DNA from: an uncultured virus (IMG/VR IMGVR_UViG_3300011693_000001) | Taxonomy: Duplodnaviria > Heunggongvirae > Uroviricota > Caudoviricetes | Strand: one strand, 5' to 3' | Virus record (IMG/VR): IMGVR_UViG_3300011693_000001 | Span: 186,001 to 250,000 of that record | DNA length: 64,000 nucleotides | In this document: one piece after another, positions 1-8,915 of the stretch | How the letters are laid out: every line of letters starts with the position of its first letter | Position numbering within the stretch: position 1 is the stretch's first letter | Made by a program: the position numbers and the translations under genes | The notes under the pieces: generated by a model | What the model was told of the DNA's origin: nothing | Database searches by the model: none | What the model saw: the letters and a program-made list of their open reading frames with translations, nothing else

Positions 1-1155
1 AAAGTCTCTATCGGTGCTTCTTTCTGGAGTGAACGGGGGTTTTGGAAACTCCGACATGACGGGGAGCAATTCAATATTGAGTCTAGCAAAGTTCTGGTCT
101 TAGGCTACGGACATAAAGTTACTTTCTTAACACCGTCGGGAAAAGAATACCTGATACACACGGAACGCAACATAGATGCCAATAATAACTACAAAGGTTA
201 CTACATAAGACTGTATGATACCTCAGATTGGACATTGGTAAACACCTTCCATTTCACGACATGGGTTGGTCAATACGGCACATCCAGTTTTGACATCACA
301 GGGATAAGCTACTGTGAAGTAAATGACATTATCATACTGTCAGTCTGTCGGATAGATGGCACCACTTATGACAGTACATCGCTGTATGCTGTGCACAGGT
401 ATAACGAGATAGATAATACACTAACTCAGTTAAGCAACGGTTACATTTCGAGCGCATACGGTACGATGTTAAACGTGGGGTTCGGTGCCATTATCCCCAC
501 GGGGCAAGGTAACTATATTTTGCCGATAACGGCAGGCACTGCTAGCATAAATTTGATTACGATAGCAGATAGGGTACGTAACGTAGGTATCGAAGTGTTA
601 TTCGATACCGGTACAAGTAAGCTGGTAAAAGAAACGCAGTCTAGGATAATGGCGATACTGGAACACACGGATGGCACTAAGAAGATAGGTGTGTCTCCTG
701 TAAAACTAACAGGCTACTCCGATCCAGCCTACACTAATGCGATGGCATCTATTGATTTCGGAGAAGGGGCGACAGGTCCTATGCCATCAGGTCGTGGTCA
801 TTATACATCTATTATCAAAGGTAAACTTTATCAAATATCTGAAATAGTTAGATATGCTCCGGGAACTACATTCCCAGACGGAGCCTTCCGTTTTAGGGGT
901 ATGGAGTATGCGAACGGGAAACTAAACACACAGGTAGATATAGATACCATTGCTGGAACCTCTATCACAGGACCGTTAGCGAATAGGATTGGGCGTAACC
1001 CTCACCCTTCGAACATTGCTGTTGTTTCGGGTGAATTGTATCACCCGTCCACTACGTTACCTGATGGTAGAGTCGGTTTATTTTCTGTAACCAGAATGAA
1101 TGCAGTACCATTTAAACACGTACCACGTATGTTTGGTTTCCTTAGCGGCGGTTGA
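1..1155 (+). CDS. Hypothetical beta-rich protein, 5'-truncated by the window edge; possible receptor-binding/propeller module
   Basis: Frame 1 is open from base 1 (KVSIGASFWSERG...) into the listed ORF 235..1155. Ends ...VPRMFGFLSGG, like ORF 5880..6965. Confidence 0.7.
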   Translation, partial: KVSIGASFWSERGFWKLRHDGEQFNIESSKVLVLGYGHKVTFLTPSGKEYLIHTERNIDANNNYKGYYIRLYDTSDWTLVNTFHFTTWVGQYGTSSFDITGISYCEVNDIIILSVCRIDGTTYDSTSLYAVHRYNEIDNTLTQLSNGYISSAYGTMLNVGFGAIIPTGQGNYILPITAGTASINLITIADRVRNVGIEVLFDTGTSKLVKETQSRIMAILEHTDGTKKIGVSPVKLTGYSDPAYTNAMASIDFGEGATGPMPSGRGHYTSIIKGKLYQISEIVRYAPGTTFPDGAFRFRGMEYANGKLNTQVDIDTIAGTSITGPLANRIGRNPHPSNIAVVSGELYHPSTTLPDGRVGLFSVTRMNAVPFKHVPRMFGFLSGG

Positions 1156-1158
1156 TAA

Positions 1159-1168
1159 TGCTAATTTA
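1159..1168 (+). promoter_or_regulatory. Candidate phage promoter motif TGCTAATTTA
   Basis: The same 9-10-mer lies upstream of gene starts on the minus strand at 12087-12095 and 57257-57266. Confidence 0.5.
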
Positions 1169-1169
1169 G

Positions 1170-1326
1170 AGCTAGAGGTAACTGACAGGAGGTGATCCTC
1201 TATCTCCTTGCAAACCGATGCAAGGTAAAAAGAATTCGGTAGTCGAAAGTTTAGCGCTGAGAAGCACCAAACAGTAGACCGATGTATAGCGCATTGAAAA
1301 AGGGGAGCCTTCGGGTTCCCCTTTTT
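1170..1326 (+). ncRNA. Candidate structured small RNA with extended Shine-Dalgarno and possible pseudoknot
   Basis: Lies between a promoter-like motif and a terminator. Contains AGGAGGTGATCC (1187-1198) and a 7-bp stem 1206-1212/1219-1225 whose loop ACCGA is complementary to TCGGT at 1236-1240. Confidence 0.45.
1297..1326 (+). terminator. Intrinsic terminator, possibly bidirectional
   Basis: AAAAA-GGGGAGCC-TTCG-GGTTCCCC-TTTTT. Confidence 0.85.
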
Positions 1327-1347
1327 GTTTATTGTGCTATAGAATAG

Positions 1348-1377
1348 AAAAAGGGGAGCCATTGGCTCCCCTTCTTT
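1348..1377 (-). terminator. Intrinsic terminator of the minus-strand operon
   Basis: GGGGAGCC/GGCTCCCC stem with an A5 tract on + (U tract on -), directly after the stop at 1380. Confidence 0.85.
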
Positions 1378-1379
1378 GT

Positions 1380-1982
1380 TTACGACTTCGCACTTTTGAC
1401 AATTGTTGGACGAATGTTCAACGTCATACGGAAATCGTTGTTGGTTAAAATGGTACGCTTAGTACCTTGCCCCGGAACCAGATCGGTCAGACGGTAGCTA
1501 TCGTAGGCTGATTCGATGACCTGATTGTTCTCATCGAGAACACTTCGAATGCCTTCAATGGATCGCATATTGAAATCAAAGAAGGTATCGAAGGACACAG
1601 CTAGGTCAAGATCGACGTTAGTCAACGGAATGGTTTCACCAGCCTGTGTTGGAATCTGATTCGTATCAACAGGTTTGGCAATTGCGGTTTCCGCTTTCTC
1701 TACAGATTGCACGCGAATAACAGATCGTTTGTAACGGATGTGATTATCCACATCAGCGTAGGCGACAAACTCGGCGGGTTTTACCCGATAGTCTAATGCG
1801 AGTTCCGCTGGCACCGCGATACTAGCAGTGCCAAACTGAGAACCAGCAAACAACTGAGCTTTGCCGGGAATGCCGTCTACGTCAAGTGGATTTCCTTTAC
1901 GCACATCGTACACCACTAGATGACTAATGATGCGAGTTACTTCTGGTTCTGGTGCTCGGGTTTTCACCAGAAGAGTAGTCAT
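1380..1982 (-). CDS. Hypothetical (probable virion) protein, 200 aa
   Basis: ORF overlaps the stop of the upstream gene and ends at a terminator. Confidence 0.75.
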   Translation of the reverse strand: MTTLLVKTRAPEPEVTRIISHLVVYDVRKGNPLDVDGIPGKAQLFAGSQFGTASIAVPAELALDYRVKPAEFVAYADVDNHIRYKRSVIRVQSVEKAETAIAKPVDTNQIPTQAGETIPLTNVDLDLAVSFDTFFDFNMRSIEGIRSVLDENNQVIESAYDSYRLTDLVPGQGTKRTILTNNDFRMTLNIRPTIVKSAKS

Positions 1983-3718
1983 AACAGGAAGGCATCTACC
2001 GTAACGTTACCCTGACCGTTGATAAACACTCGTTCAATCGTGTCATCAGTGGCAAGAGTAGTGATATCTTTTGTCGTAGTACCGTCAACGAAAGTGCAAC
2101 CACGCGCTTGCAGACGTACAGTACGCGAAATACGAGTGCCGACGAAGTTGTACACGTTAATGATCGCATTGATACCAATGGTAGTGCCACTATACAGAAC
2201 CGAAGTGGTATTGTCTTCGAAACTAACGACTACCGACGCCGACAGTTCAGGGTTGAAGATGTAAACCTCACCATAGGTGTTTTCCACCCAAATCTGGCTG
2301 CTGTTATCGAAGGTAATTCGATTGACACCAACAACTGAACGCCACGGGCTGACAGTAAAGGTCTGTGCATCAGTAGACCACGACAAGATACCGAAACCGT
2401 TGGTGTTACCCACAATCAACGTCTTACGATCAGCTGAAGCACAGAAGGTCATAATCTGCTGACTGTAACCAAAGGCATTAGTCAGATGGTTACGGTAAAT
2501 CAAATTACTGCTATCGGTCGGATCGATTTCGAAGACAAACAACACATGACGGGAAATCGGAGTCTGTGCGCTTGTTTCGTACTGCGAGGTTCCACCGTTG
2601 TGACAGAAGTACATCAGGTAGTTCTTATCACCGTCGCGCATGATCCACGAAGAGATTTGTCCAGTGTTACCTGTGTTAGCAAGGTCTTCACCCGGAGTAG
2701 GGATAACCGTACCTTGAGGTAAACCGGTAACGGTACAGACCTTGTAGTTTGCAGCATCGGTCGGCATCGGCAGCTGAGGGATAGTAGTACCGGCAAACAC
2801 CGAGTCTACTTTTCTACGAATGATGCTTACGTCATTATTAGCGTTCTGCTTAGCCATGTACCAATGACCGAGAATACCTTCTTCAGTGCTAGGTAGAATG
2901 TTGCTCGGTACGGCATAGGAGTAATGGTTAGCAGTAGGTTCATTGTTAGCTGAACCGTATGTTACAGAGCCAGTGGCAACATTGGTGTCCAGCACCATGT
3001 ACCACATATTATTGGTGGTAGTATAACTAGAGTAGAAGTAAGTGCGGAAAACAACAAAGAGGTGACGGCCATCATTCATGCGCCCCATGTACCGGTAAGC
3101 TTTGTTGTAGTGCGAGCTTCCGGGGGAAGCGTTGCTGTAGGAAGCGCCGTTTGCGGTGAGCAGAGCGTTAGAGAAATCTGCTTTCGATACGCGCAGGATA
3201 AAAATTCGATTACTGGTAGAGTTGTTGGTGCTCGTGAAGCGTGAGTAGCCTGTTACAAAGAACCAGTCGATATTCTCATCGAGGATTGTGCAGAACTCCA
3301 GAGAACTAAGAACATTAGTCTCCAGAAGGTTAAGCGTAGCACGAGGTTCTAGTTCGCCGTTAGATTTGATTTCAGAGAATACACCACCTTGTGTGATGGT
3401 AAAAGTGCGACCAGCCGTAGCTCCAGAGGAACTAGTGAATGTTGTATTGAGAGAAGTATCTGAGAACAGCGACTGCGCAGCATTCATACCGTAAGTATAA
3501 GCAGAACCAGACAAACTCAATTGAGCGCCGGCCCCACTCAAGTTGAATGGAACAAACGGCGACATACCAGAGGTTACAGGAGCCGGCGTGCTACGGTCGA
3601 ATGAAATCGGTTTCATATCACGACCGGCCAGATAAGGGCCGAAGTAGTAGAAGTCACCGATATCAATGATGTTGCGGCTGTTGCTAGGGAGTTTGTATTG
3701 CGCACGTGCGATTGACAT
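1979..3718 (-). CDS. Putative virion structural protein, beta-rich with C-terminal Ig-like segment, 579 aa
   Basis: Long S/T/N/Y-rich ORF with GAGG RBS, within the structural region. Confidence 0.75.
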   Translation of the reverse strand: MSIARAQYKLPSNSRNIIDIGDFYYFGPYLAGRDMKPISFDRSTPAPVTSGMSPFVPFNLSGAGAQLSLSGSAYTYGMNAAQSLFSDTSLNTTFTSSSGATAGRTFTITQGGVFSEIKSNGELEPRATLNLLETNVLSSLEFCTILDENIDWFFVTGYSRFTSTNNSTSNRIFILRVSKADFSNALLTANGASYSNASPGSSHYNKAYRYMGRMNDGRHLFVVFRTYFYSSYTTTNNMWYMVLDTNVATGSVTYGSANNEPTANHYSYAVPSNILPSTEEGILGHWYMAKQNANNDVSIIRRKVDSVFAGTTIPQLPMPTDAANYKVCTVTGLPQGTVIPTPGEDLANTGNTGQISSWIMRDGDKNYLMYFCHNGGTSQYETSAQTPISRHVLFVFEIDPTDSSNLIYRNHLTNAFGYSQQIMTFCASADRKTLIVGNTNGFGILSWSTDAQTFTVSPWRSVVGVNRITFDNSSQIWVENTYGEVYIFNPELSASVVVSFEDNTTSVLYSGTTIGINAIINVYNFVGTRISRTVRLQARGCTFVDGTTTKDITTLATDDTIERVFINGQGNVTVDAFLL

Positions 3719-3725
3719 AATTGCC

Positions 3726-4166
3726 TCAAATGGTCTTGATTGTTACAGTAAGATCAGCTTCCACTTTCAAGCTATACAGCCTATGTGGTTGCGGAATCGA
3801 AATAGTAGTGTACGTGTTATTCAGGATAACCGTTTCCAGAATGCTACCAGTTTCTGTTTCGATCAACGAAACAGAACGGGTTCCAGAAACTTCCTTAGTA
3901 ACCATAACCGAAAGCAGCAGACCTTCTGGATCATAGTTATTAAGATCGAAGGTTTGCAGATCGGTGGTAACAAGCGTGTAGGTTTTAACCGCTTGAATAG
4001 GAGCATTGGAGACACCAAACGGTTCCCAATTACCATCTAAGAACGTGTAAAAGCCGGGAGCACTTTCGCCAACGGCTTGACTTAGATAAATTAGCGTTAC
4101 TGAATTGTCGTCGGTAACAATCGGGAAAGTCGTTACCTTCAGTATTTCAACGGAATCGAAAATCAT
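3726..4166 (-). CDS. Hypothetical fibre-associated protein
   Basis: N-terminal YL-x6-PGFY-x3-GNW module is shared with 7716..8225 and 8916..9479. Confidence 0.7.
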   Translation of the reverse strand: MIFDSVEILKVTTFPIVTDDNSVTLIYLSQAVGESAPGFYTFLDGNWEPFGVSNAPIQAVKTYTLVTTDLQTFDLNNYDPEGLLLSVMVTKEVSGTRSVSLIETETGSILETVILNNTYTTISIPQPHRLYSLKVEADLTVTIKTI

Positions 4167-4169
4167 ATA

Positions 4170-4835
4170 TCACCCGAGAACGCGCATAGCTACAGTGTAT
4201 AGTTCGAGCCGTTCTTTCAACCCGTGCGTGCCACCGTTAATCTTCTGTGTAAGATCAGTAACGTTAGGCTTAGTGTCACTGATTTTATCAGCCAGCCGGT
4301 TAAGATCGTTATGTCTCCAGAAGCACAATGCTGTTTCTACAGCGATACGACGTTGCTCCAACAGTTCAGGGTTCTTCACCAGATCGAGGCCGCAGTAGGC
4401 TGAGCACATCTGATAGTTTGCTTTACCTGTGATTTGCATTAGACCTCGACCACGATACTTCCAACCCTCACCTGATTGCTCATTACCGTTACCGAGACGG
4501 TTAGCGTAACAGTTGTTGGCAATAGCTTCCGGGCGACGATGCAGAGACTGTGCCAGCAGATTAGGTTCGTGTACTAATCTGTTCCCGACCTTGATCTTCT
4601 TTCCGGTGCTATAACGGCCGGGCCATGTAGTAGCCAAACCTTGTGCGCTATAATTCAGGTTCTCGATCAAGCGATTGAGTGAACCAGACTCATGCCCGAC
4701 TTGACTAATGAAAGCCGCTTGCCGTTTCTTCGTCGTAATATCGAACTTCGGAAACAGCTCGTTGAATAATTCTGCGTAGACAGCAGCATTTTTACAAGCT
4801 GGCATTATCTTAACCAGCTGAGTTGCAGTAATCAT
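4170..4835 (-). CDS. Endolysin, glycoside hydrolase family 19
   Basis: GH19 motifs AAFISQVGHESG, ENLNYS, YRGRGLMQITGKANY, INGG.HGL.ER; AAGGAG RBS. Confidence 0.93.
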   Translation of the reverse strand: MITATQLVKIMPACKNAAVYAELFNELFPKFDITTKKRQAAFISQVGHESGSLNRLIENLNYSAQGLATTWPGRYSTGKKIKVGNRLVHEPNLLAQSLHRRPEAIANNCYANRLGNGNEQSGEGWKYRGRGLMQITGKANYQMCSAYCGLDLVKNPELLEQRRIAVETALCFWRHNDLNRLADKISDTKPNVTDLTQKINGGTHGLKERLELYTVAMRVLG

Positions 4836-4891
4836 AAATACTCCTTACGATTATCGGAGGTTTGGTAGGCCGGAAGCCTACCCTAATCTAG

Positions 4892-5392
4892 TTATGCTCT
4901 GGCAAATAAAGTATGAGCCAAGCAGTCGTAGGTAACACCATTATTCAAAATGGTGGGGACAAATTCAGCTGCCGTATCGTAATCAGCTACAAGGAAGGCA
5001 TTACTGAAATCAAACTCTTTATCCTTGCTGTAGAAAGCACGTAATCCCATAACAGGTTTTACTGTAGCTTGTGCAATCTGTTTTCTATTGATGATTGTAG
5101 TTCCTGCCGCGTCGGAAGCAGTAGTCCCGCTTGCGGCTACTGACGCTGGCATGAACTGCATGTGAGTCCATGTTTTGTTAACTGTGCTGTATCTGTAGAT
5201 TCTGGAAGTTTGGCTAACCCCGGTACGTTCCTCATCCACAGCTAAACCACCAAAAACATATATGTCTGTACCATGAGCACCGGCTGGTGCGACGTAACGC
5301 GGTTTAGGAGACGTTTGACTTGTAACGACATACCAGCGAGCAGCCACAGCAACAGCTAACGTTTGTATAAAACTCAATATTCTAGGAATCAT
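4892..5392 (-). CDS. Protein with a single Kelch-like repeat, 166 aa
   Basis: PRY...IYVFGG...IYRYS....W Kelch signature, one copy only. Confidence 0.65.
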   Translation of the reverse strand: MIPRILSFIQTLAVAVAARWYVVTSQTSPKPRYVAPAGAHGTDIYVFGGLAVDEERTGVSQTSRIYRYSTVNKTWTHMQFMPASVAASGTTASDAAGTTIINRKQIAQATVKPVMGLRAFYSKDKEFDFSNAFLVADYDTAAEFVPTILNNGVTYDCLAHTLFARA

Positions 5393-5401
5393 AAATCACC
5401 C

Positions 5402-5860
5402 TTATAGCGCTGCGGCTCCGATCACTAGCAACAGCACTTTATAAACTGCGGTTTCTATTAGCCTAGTTTGTTGTTCATACCGTCTACCGTTTTCTGCGTC
5501 AGCGTAAGCCTGCGCCATTGCGTTCTTGCGTGATTCCTCCAGCTGCAAAGCACTGGCAAGCAAGTTACGCTCAGCAACCGAATTGTTATGGGCGGCAACC
5601 ACATGCTCCAGTGCTTCACGGTTATTTTTGCTAGCGTTACGGTAAGCGAGAATTTGGTCGCCTTCCTCTGCGGTAAACGCCATGTACTCTACTCCGTTCT
5701 CTTGCACTACTTTCGCTTTCGGAAAAGCTGCAACAGAGGGTGTTACTTTAATCTGCTGCATTACCGGAAGGTTGCTGTAGTTATCAGTTACAGGAGCTTC
5801 CATTTTACTAGCACAACCAACCAAGAGCAGTAGACAGAACATCACTAAAAATGTTTTCAT
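5402..5860 (-). CDS. Lipoprotein spanin candidate with C-terminal hydrophobic helix
   Basis: Start reassigned to MKTFLVMFCLLLLVGC (lipobox, GAGG RBS). Helical body, C-terminal VLLLVIGAAAL, near the endolysin. Confidence 0.7.
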   Translation of the reverse strand: MKTFLVMFCLLLLVGCASKMEAPVTDNYSNLPVMQQIKVTPSVAAFPKAKVVQENGVEYMAFTAEEGDQILAYRNASKNNREALEHVVAAHNNSVAERNLLASALQLEESRKNAMAQAYADAENGRRYEQQTRLIETAVYKVLLLVIGAAAL

Positions 5861-5879
5861 TTTATGCCTCTTTAAACTT

Positions 5880-6965
5880 TCAACCGCCGCACAAAAAACC
5901 TGCAACTCTACTTAAAAGCCGTTTTACCGATTCAGGGAAAGCATTCACATCATTAGATACCAGAAATTGAGGTAATGGGCCACCGGAAACACCTGTTACA
6001 AAAAATCTATCACCACCATAACCAATAGGTATGTAGTATGGAAAAGAGGCAATTCCTGCATAGCTGACTGGAACTTCAAACCAATTAACTAAATCAGAAG
6101 AAACCCAAAAGGGTAACATATAACTAAATGCATTCCCAGAAGAATCAGCCGCATTGGTATAGGCTGTTATTACATAAACTCCAGCGTGGTAAGCAATAAA
6201 ATCGCTACTGTTCGAGACGGGCCTCCTACTATCTGTAGATTTTATACTTTTGCTTCCTAGCAGTTGTGGTGGCTGATTGTAATCATTTAGCAGGTAGAAA
6301 TGAAGGATAAGCTCATATAGAGGCGAAGTGCTTTTCACTTGTTCTGTCACGGCAACTATACCACTCTCCGTAGTAATAAGCTGAATTACCTCATAGGGTA
6401 ATTTGGTAGAGTTGGCCAACGTATGATCCGGCGCATAAAAAGTACCAAGCGGATAGCTATCTTCTCCGCATCTAACTAAAGTGGGATCAGCCGAGCCACT
6501 AGCGTAGTATTTTCCTTGGTACTCGGCTATATATTCAGCATAACAAGGACCTTCTTCTAAGTTACCCATACCTGAATATAGTTTACTGTTTGCTATTCGG
6601 TATAAACCACCGCTCATTGTGAAAAACCGATCACTTGAGGCGATTGCAAAGGAGGTTACACTAGTCGAATTATACGGATTTTCGGAAATACTATAATACA
6701 ACCGAGAGTTAACGCCACGGTTTACTACAGCTACACTATTTATATTCTCCACATAGAACAGTTCCTTGTATCCTGTAACACTCGTACCCATTCCAAACGG
6801 AGTTCCCATGGTCCAATTAAGCCCGTCCTGCGAAAGAAACCATGTGCCATTTATCAATAATTGATATCCGTGATCTGGTATATATACAACGTTAGTTGTT
6901 TTATTGGCAACAGGAGTCGGAGCCGACAAAGGAGTTGTAAAGGAAAATATCGATACGTCTTTCAC
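5880..6965 (-). CDS. Hypothetical beta-propeller-like protein, 361 aa
   Basis: Asp-box-like motifs SQDGLNW and SSDLVNW; AT-rich; ends RVAGFLCGG. Confidence 0.7.
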   Translation of the reverse strand: MKDVSIFSFTTPLSAPTPVANKTTNVVYIPDHGYQLLINGTWFLSQDGLNWTMGTPFGMGTSVTGYKELFYVENINSVAVVNRGVNSRLYYSISENPYNSTSVTSFAIASSDRFFTMSGGLYRIANSKLYSGMGNLEEGPCYAEYIAEYQGKYYASGSADPTLVRCGEDSYPLGTFYAPDHTLANSTKLPYEVIQLITTESGIVAVTEQVKSTSPLYELILHFYLLNDYNQPPQLLGSKSIKSTDSRRPVSNSSDFIAYHAGVYVITAYTNAADSSGNAFSYMLPFWVSSDLVNWFEVPVSYAGIASFPYYIPIGYGGDRFFVTGVSGGPLPQFLVSNDVNAFPESVKRLLSRVAGFLCGG

Positions 6966-6980
6966 GTTTTTACCTCGCTA

Positions 6981-7325
6981 TTAGATAGTTCGCTTCTGAC
7001 ACTTTAACGTTTCTAGCTCTTCACGCATCGATTGCGCTTGCTTGGACTCAGGAGCCTTGTTCAGCAGGTTGTCGAGCATGTAACCAATAGCGAGAAATTC
7101 ACCTGCACCAGCGCCAGTGTCGCTAATCATCAGAGCTAGGTAGGAGCTATAGACAGAGGCGATGGCTGTTACACTACGTGCCTTGTGTTTCTTCCAGTAT
7201 TCAGCAATGGAAATTCCCGAAGTATGACAGGTCTTAACTGTGTGAATAAACATACCAGCAGTAACTGCTAGGAAATTCCATACCCAAGGATCACCCTTGA
7301 GTATATCAACAAATTCTTGGACCAT
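6981..7325 (-). CDS. Holin candidate (small multi-TM protein)
   Basis: Two to three hydrophobic segments, charged C-terminus, lysis-gene context. Confidence 0.5.
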   Translation of the reverse strand: MVQEFVDILKGDPWVWNFLAVTAGMFIHTVKTCHTSGISIAEYWKKHKARSVTAIASVYSSYLALMISDTGAGAGEFLAIGYMLDNLLNKAPESKQAQSMREELETLKCQKRTI

Positions 7326-7642
7326 CAGTAGTCCACCTCATTGTTACGCTGTACAGCATCACGCACGCTTTTTGACGGCTTAGGTTGAATAGGTCGCGCT
7401 ACTGCGGCTTCTGCGGCTTTTGCACGAGTCTCAACTTCTTTGCGATACTGTTCAGCTTCTTTCTTGATTACTTGAATTTCTTTCTCATCATCTTTGCCAT
7501 TGTTATCAACGTCGGCGGGCGGCATTGAGGGAACAGGGGATTTACGACCGACCGTAACCATGATGAGAATACCAAACAGGCCAGCGATCAGCAGACCCGC
7601 GTACTTACGAATGAATGTCCAAATTTTTACTAAGGTCTGCAT
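7325..7642 (-). CDS. Inner-membrane spanin (i-spanin) candidate
   Basis: N-terminal TM AGLLIAGLFGILIMVTV followed by a Pro linker and coiled coil; GGAG RBS. Confidence 0.5.
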   Translation of the reverse strand: MQTLVKIWTFIRKYAGLLIAGLFGILIMVTVGRKSPVPSMPPADVDNNGKDDEKEIQVIKKEAEQYRKEVETRAKAAEAAVARPIQPKPSKSVRDAVQRNNEVDY

Positions 7643-7677
7643 TTCAGTTTACTCCACAAGTTTCTAGCACAGAAACG

Positions 7678-7700
7678 AAAAAAGGGAGCTTGCGCTCCCT
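7678..7700 (-). terminator. Intrinsic terminator
   Basis: AGGGAGC/GCTCCCT stem plus U tract on minus. Confidence 0.8.
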
Positions 7701-7715
7701 TAATTCGTAGCGCAA

Positions 7716-8225
7716 TTAGCCAATGTCTTGCATAGCCTGTGCGCCAGTCAGCGTTACACCGTCACGACTGTAAAACGCAAACACATCCGAACCGGCAGTG
7801 GTTTGTGTAGGAGCAGTCTTCTTGTGCCACTTAACAGTCTGAGTAAACGTCAACGTACGGCCACCGTAAATCACTTCAACCGTGAAACCAGCAGCAGTGC
7901 CAGCAGCAGGAAGGTTGGTGAAGGTAACAGCTGTGTTAACATTCAGTGTCAGTACGACATAACTACCAAGAGACAGGTCGATGTTAGTGGTAGCAGTAGT
8001 CGCCGTAATGGTTTGTACTACTTCCCCGTAACGTGGACCTTTCAGGGTTCCGGCGAACTGAGGATTCTTAGCTTTTAGAAAGAGATTCCATTCAGTACCG
8101 TCGGTGTAATACATACCCGGAATGTAGTCACGATCTTGCTGATTGAGGTACATCATAATACCTTTATTGACAGCAAGATCATCAGGTAATTGATTTACCT
8201 CAATAAAATCGAGTGCTTCGAGCAT
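7716..8225 (-). CDS. Tail fibre/tip-associated structural protein
   Basis: C-terminal IDLSLGSY..LTL...TFTNLP...VKW...AP..T....DVFAF domain, typical of phage fibre proteins. Confidence 0.7.
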   Translation of the reverse strand: MLEALDFIEVNQLPDDLAVNKGIMMYLNQQDRDYIPGMYYTDGTEWNLFLKAKNPQFAGTLKGPRYGEVVQTITATTATTNIDLSLGSYVVLTLNVNTAVTFTNLPAAGTAAGFTVEVIYGGRTLTFTQTVKWHKKTAPTQTTAGSDVFAFYSRDGVTLTGAQAMQDIG

Positions 8226-8233
8226 AGCCTCAC

Positions 8234-8662
8234 CTATATGTTTTCGTTCGGCATCGTGTTATTTTCATAGCGCACCGACATTTGGTTAACGCGATGTAAC
8301 TGATAACGAGTATGACGATCAGGTTGCTTCCCGAGTTCTAATGTTGCTTCAGATAGATGATTGTTCAGTTCAGCTAAGTATCGATCAAGAGCCTCAGACT
8401 CTGTTAGTAAGTTACTTTCGCCTGACTTGACGCTCTTCTCTTTTGTCTCACTGAGTTTATCGGACTCTTCCGTGGACTTAGGGGATAAGCCACCTTTCGG
8501 TTCTGGTATATCTATCTTAGGAAAGATATCTTTGAACTGCTTCGGGGTTTGCAGGTTAGGGTAATTGGGAACGGATTCAGGTTTACGTAGGTCAACCTTA
8601 GTCAATTCTTCATCGTTGCCTTTATCGGAAAACGCGGAAAGTGCGATGAAAATCTTTTGCAT
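8234..8662 (-). CDS. Hypothetical protein with N-terminal IFIALSA motif
   Basis: 142-aa charged ORF beginning MQKIFIALSA. Confidence 0.65.
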   Translation of the reverse strand: MQKIFIALSAFSDKGNDEELTKVDLRKPESVPNYPNLQTPKQFKDIFPKIDIPEPKGGLSPKSTEESDKLSETKEKSVKSGESNLLTESEALDRYLAELNNHLSEATLELGKQPDRHTRYQLHRVNQMSVRYENNTMPNENI

Positions 8663-8664
8663 AG

Positions 8665-8689
8665 AAAAAAGGGGGCTAGCGGCCCCCTT
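8665..8689 (-). terminator. Intrinsic terminator
   Basis: GGGGGC/GCCCCC stem plus U6 on minus, overlapping the stop at 8676. Confidence 0.75.
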
Positions 8690-8903
8690 CCTCCTGTTCG
8701 GCCTTAGTTGTTAGACCTTGCTCTGCTTTGTATTCCGACCAACGTTCGCTGATTTCACCAAACAGGTCAGCGATTTGATCTTTGTCTTCGAAAAGACTTT
8801 CCATGCCCTTCTCTTTCAGAACCTTACGGATAAAGGCACGGTACTCCTTTTGAAGATCGCTCAAAGGAGCGCGAGCAGAAAGACTGATCTGAATTGGTTT
8901 CAT
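8676..8903 (-). CDS. Small hypothetical protein with N-terminal IQISLSA motif
   Basis: 75-aa ORF beginning MKPIQISLSA. Confidence 0.7.
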   Translation of the reverse strand: MKPIQISLSARAPLSDLQKEYRAFIRKVLKEKGMESLFEDKDQIADLFGEISERWSEYKAEQGLTTKAEQEEGGR

Positions 8904-8915
8904 TTGGTTTTACCC

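Noticed and set aside
1173..1203. AGAGG...CCTCTAT resembling a preQ1-I riboswitch stem
   Set aside because: Loop lacks the UUC-type core, no A tract follows the stem, and there is no downstream gene on that strand.
4841..4860. CTCC/GGAG pairing over the endolysin RBS (T4 gene e-like control)
   Set aside because: Only 4 bp; too weak to support.
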